NCBI GenBank assembly: GCA_963977445.1
Contig: CAXBPH010000124.1
Span: 1-19,228, forward strand
Length of the DNA: 19,228 nt
From: an uncultured bacterium
GTDB lineage: Bacteria > Hydrogenedentota > Hydrogenedentia > Hydrogenedentales > JAEUWI01
Reading direction: 5' to 3'
Shown here one piece after another: positions 15,504 to 19,228 of the stretch; positions within the stretch are counted from its first letter, which is position 1, and each line of letters starts with the position of its first letter. The position numbers and the translations under genes were made by a program. A model generated the notes under the pieces. It did not search any database, had not been told where the DNA came from, and was given only the letters and a program-made list of their open reading frames with translations.

Positions 15504-18282
15504 ATGAACCCTGAACGTGACAACGAACAACGCTACTACGCCATGCCGAAACTCCACCGCTGGTTTGCGGTTGGCAGCGTGCTCTTGCTCCTGGCCACGC
15601 TGGCGCTGATTCTGAACGATCACTATCGCCCCTGGAAAACCTACCAGCGGGTGTACCAACAGCGCGATATCGCCCTGACGGAAGCGCGCCTGGCCACACT
15701 CCATGAAGCCATAGACCGGGGCACCCCGTCGGCGGGCGAAAGCGAAGAGGGGGTAGAGGACGACCCCTTCGCCGAAGATAGCTTGCCTGCCCCAGAGGCC
15801 GAGTCCCAGGAGGGGGAATCGGACACGCCGTCGTTGGAGGTCATGCGTCGAGAGGTGGCACGCCTGGAGAAAAAACTGGACCAACAAGATTCCCGGCGCA
15901 TGGGGATGGGGGGGGAGCTGCTGGCCCTCGTTCGTGACCTTCCCATCGTGGACCTGTCCGCACCGACCTATCGTGTCGAACAGATCGTTGTGCACGAGAG
16001 CCCGGAAGACCTTCACTTTACCCAGGTGCCCCGGGTTGATCGCTGTATGACCTGTCACGCGGGTATAGATAATGCGGACTTCGCCGATGAGGAAGAACCT
16101 TACAGCGCTCATCCCCGCCTGTACCTCTTCGTGTCGTCCTCATCGCCCCATCCCAAAGCGCGCTTTGGCTGCACCGCCTGTCACAGGGGCCAGGGGCGCG
16201 GTACCGAGTTCTACTCCGCCTCCCACACGCCCGATTCGCCCCGTGAAGCCGCCATCTGGGCCGGGAATCACGGTTGGAAGGAGAATCCCCATTCGGAATC
16301 TCCCATGATTGAGACCCCCTATCTCGAAGCCAGTTGTCTGCCGTGCCACCGAGACCAGAGCCGGGTGCCGGGCGCGGAAAAACTCAATTGGGGACTTGCA
16401 CTCATCGAGACGGCCGGATGTTCGGGCTGTCACACCATGGACCACCTGGGAGAACGCCCCAGGCCTGGTCCATCCCTCCGGCGTATCGCTGCCAAGAGTA
16501 CAGAGGCTTGGGTACAGGCCTGGATCCGAAACCCCGCGAGTATCCGGCCCGATACATGGATGCCCCACGTTTTCGCCGAAACGGAAGGGGTTGTCGGCCT
16601 TGGAGACGCCCGCGGTGAAACAGAATCGGCCGCAATTGCCGCGTATCTTTTTGGTGCGAGCGAGGCCTTCGAATTTCTGGCGACCCCGACGGAAGGGGAT
16701 TCCCTGCGTGGGGCGGAGGCCTTTATGGCCCTCGGTTGTGATGCAGGGGCCCCACCTGACCGGCCTCGGTGAAAAAACCAACCGGGACTGGCTCTTCAAC
16801 TGGCTCAAGAATCCCGCTCACTATAGCCCCGACACGGCGATGCCCAACCTGCGCCTTTCCGATGGAGAGGCCGCCGACCTGACGGCCTACCTCATGGGCG
16901 GAATCGTTTCTGCGGCCGCAGCTTCCGAAACACCCCTGAATGACCAGCTCGCGCGGGAGATTCTTCGTGAACATCGCGTCCGTCGCGAGCCCGCCGAAGC
17001 ACTCGATGAGGCACTTGCCGCGTTGAGCGGTCGACCGCTACACGAGGAGCTTGGCAGGCGGCTGATAACGCACTACGGGTGCGCGGGGTGTCACGACATT
17101 CCCGGCGCGGAAACAGAGGCCCTTATCGGCCCGGAGCTCAGTAATCTCGGTCGGAAGCCATTACACGAATTCGACTTTGGTATCGATGTTACGGGCTCCC
17201 CAAATAAGTCCGCGTGGCTCCTGACGAAACTGTCGGCGCCGAGAAGCTTCGACCAGGGCCAGGAAAAGGAAGCCCTCGACCGACTTCGAATGCCCCAGTT
17301 CGACTTCAGCGCCGAGGAGCGGGAAGCAATTGTAACCGCGTTGCTGGGGTTTGCGGAAGTGCCTGAAGGGCATGTGCTGAACCGGCATCTTAGTGAACGG
17401 GAATCCGCCATCGAGGCGGGGCAACGACTCATCCGGGAGAATCACTGCACGGGATGCCATATGCTCGAAGGGCACGGCGGGGGATTGAATCCGACGCTGA
17501 CGGAATGGCTCAAGCAGTCGAAAGGCTACAGTGACGTGGAGGCCCATGCGATGACCCCCGTCTATGGGCCGCCCAACCTGGATGGTGAGGGCAGCAAGGT
17601 GCGCAGCGATTGGCTCTTCGCGTTTTTACGCGCGCCGGAAACGATTCGTCCCTGGCTTCATGTTCGTATGCCGACCTATGTGCTTAGCGACGATGAACGC
17701 AATAGTTTGGTGCGCTATTTCGCCGCGCTCGAAGAGGAACCCTTTCCTTTTGTGGCGACGGAAGCGCCCGATATCTCCAGCCCCCTGTTTGAAGCGGGTC
17801 GAAAACTGTTCTCGGAAGACTACTTCGCCTGTGGAAGTTGTCACATTCAGGGCGATATTTTTCCCGGGGGTGATGCCGATGGATGGGCACCTGATTTTGC
17901 GCTGAGCGCCCGTCGTCTCAAACCGGCCTGGATAACGAAATGGCTCTATGACCCCCAAATCGTACAACCCGGGACGAAGATGCCGACCTATTTTGATCCC
18001 GAGTACTTCAACGATTCCGGGCCAGACGATATCCTTGGCGGGGATGAGCACCAGCATATTATCGCCTTACGCGATTATGTACTTGGTATTTCCTCCGAAG
18101 GCCCTCCGCCAACAAACGAAACCCTACCGGATGTGGAGGAAGTAAACGGGGTTGCCGATGACACCACGGCGGTTGGGACCGCGCCCGTGGACCCCTTGGC
18201 GGATGACGAACCGGAACTGCCCGAAAAGATGGAATCTGACAGCGACCACGACGGGACGGGTCCCGACGTTGCAACCTTCTAA
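15504..18282 (+). pseudogene. Membrane-anchored multiheme cytochrome c (7 intact CxxCH plus 1 broken), split by a frameshift at ~16740
   Basis: Frame 1 (15504-16772): TM anchor, CMTCH, CTACH, CLPCH, CSGCH, then GDSLRGAEAFMALGC. Frame 2 (from 16741): MQGPHLTGLGEK...WLKNP...MPNL, CAGCH, CTGCH, CGSCH. Residues 16309-16740 of the second ORF look like out-of-frame junk. Confidence 0.85.
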
Positions 18283-18327
18283 CCAACACGTAAACCCATA
18301 GCAACCAACGAAACAGGAGATCCGCTC

Positions 18328-19047
18328 ATGAGAGCCACAAGAATGCTTCAAAAGACAGGTGTACTTACCGTAGCGCTGACTACGCTCGGGTTACTGGCGC
18401 AGGCTGGAACGATTACCGGGTCCGTTCGCTTTGAAGGAACGCCACCGGAGATGAAAGCAATTGATATGAGCGGCGATGACGGGTGTGTCTGTGATACGGC
18501 AAATCCCCCACGTGCGGAAGCGCTGGTGCTGGGAGCGGAACAGGGTATGGCGAATGTCTTCGTTGAAATCGTGTCGGGATTGCCGGAGAAGGAATACGCT
18601 GCGCCGCAGGAGCCCGTGGTGCTGACGCAGAAAGGCTGCCTCTATACCCCGCACGTCTTCGGAATCCAAGTTGGCCAGTCACTGGATATTCTGAACCCCG
18701 ATGGCATTCTGCACAATGTACACAGTTTTTCCAAGGTCAATTCGCCGTTCAATCTTGCCATGCCCAAGTTTAAGACGAAAATCTCCAAATCCTTCGAAGA
18801 GACCGAGCCCATGTTTGCCTTCAAGTGCGACATCCACCCGTGGATGGGGGCCTATTGTGTCGTGGTGGATCATCCGTTCTTTGCGGTCACCGGGAAAGAT
18901 GGGAACTTCAGCATCACCGGGTTGGACGCAGGCACCTATGAAATAGAGGTGACCCCCGAACGTCTTGGAGCGCAAAAGGCGACGGTAACGGTTACGTCAG
19001 ATGACACCCAGAGCGCCGACTTTGTCTTCTCACGGTCGAAGAAGTAG
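18328..19047 (+). CDS. Secreted protein with a cupredoxin-like copper motif flanked by carboxypeptidase-regulatory-like beta segments
   Basis: Signal peptide ending AQA; GTITGSVRFEG; QKGCLYTPHV; NPDGILHNVH; FKCDIHPWM; HPFFAVTGKDGNFSITGLDAGTYEI. AGGAG RBS. Confidence 0.8.
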   Translation: MRATRMLQKTGVLTVALTTLGLLAQAGTITGSVRFEGTPPEMKAIDMSGDDGCVCDTANPPRAEALVLGAEQGMANVFVEIVSGLPEKEYAAPQEPVVLTQKGCLYTPHVFGIQVGQSLDILNPDGILHNVHSFSKVNSPFNLAMPKFKTKISKSFEETEPMFAFKCDIHPWMGAYCVVVDHPFFAVTGKDGNFSITGLDAGTYEIEVTPERLGAQKATVTVTSDDTQSADFVFSRSKK

Positions 19048-19069
19048 TCGGCCGCGCGGAACACGTCTT

Positions 19070-19210
19070 CTCCGATTGCACGCCCGCCCTTGTGCAATCG
19101 GAGCTACTGCGGGCGAGCCACCATGGCCGCCCGCAGTATGTATCTATCGGGCAACATGTCCTGTGCCGGCGCAGGGCCCGTCATGGGCCCTACGTGCGAC
19201 GTCATCACGT
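19070..19210. repeat. Cluster of adjacent inverted repeats downstream of the operon
   Basis: CTCCGATTGCAC/GTGCAATCGGAG (19070-19103); TACTGCGGGCG/CGCCCGCAGTA (19105-19138); AGGGCCC/GGGCCCT (19173-19191); ACGTG/CACGT (19192-19210). Confidence 0.75.
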
Positions 19211-19228
19211 GAGGGTCACAAGAATTCG

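Noticed and set aside
16309..16740. N-terminal part of the 657-aa ORF
   Set aside because: Arg/Pro-rich out-of-frame translation overlapping the real heme-bearing frame.
16730..16775. Programmed ribosomal frameshift in the cytochrome gene
   Set aside because: No slippery heptamer at the junction, and a simple shift would not restore the missing CxxCH.
1..19228. CRISPR arrays, tRNA or rRNA genes
   Set aside because: No regularly spaced direct repeats or recognisable structural RNA signatures were seen by eye.

Overview
Bacterial, moderately GC-rich nitrogen-oxide respiration and detoxification region. From left to right: (1) the end of an IS630-family element, apparently inserted at a TA within a remnant of an RtcR-like sigma54 activator; (2) a minus-strand, translationally coupled five-gene cluster encoding a NarI-like cytochrome b membrane protein, a NasA/NapA-like Mo-bisPGD catalytic subunit without a signal peptide, a DmsB-like 4x[4Fe-4S] protein, a twin-arginine Rieske protein and a small 2-TM protein; (3) MobB fused to a degenerate MobA domain; (4) an NO-stress block of rrf2, qNOR (norB), ric and a cupin; (5) a 2x[4Fe-4S] ferredoxin transcribed divergently from a plus-strand b6f-like Rieske/cytochrome b operon (HEAT protein, Rieske, split cytochrome b6 plus subunit IV, a frameshifted ~8-heme cytochrome c and a secreted amicyanin-like copper-site protein); (6) a cluster of hairpins. 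Three genes (cupin, rrf2, multiheme cytochrome) appear to carry clean internal deletions. All family assignments come from motif recognition by eye; no database searches were run.
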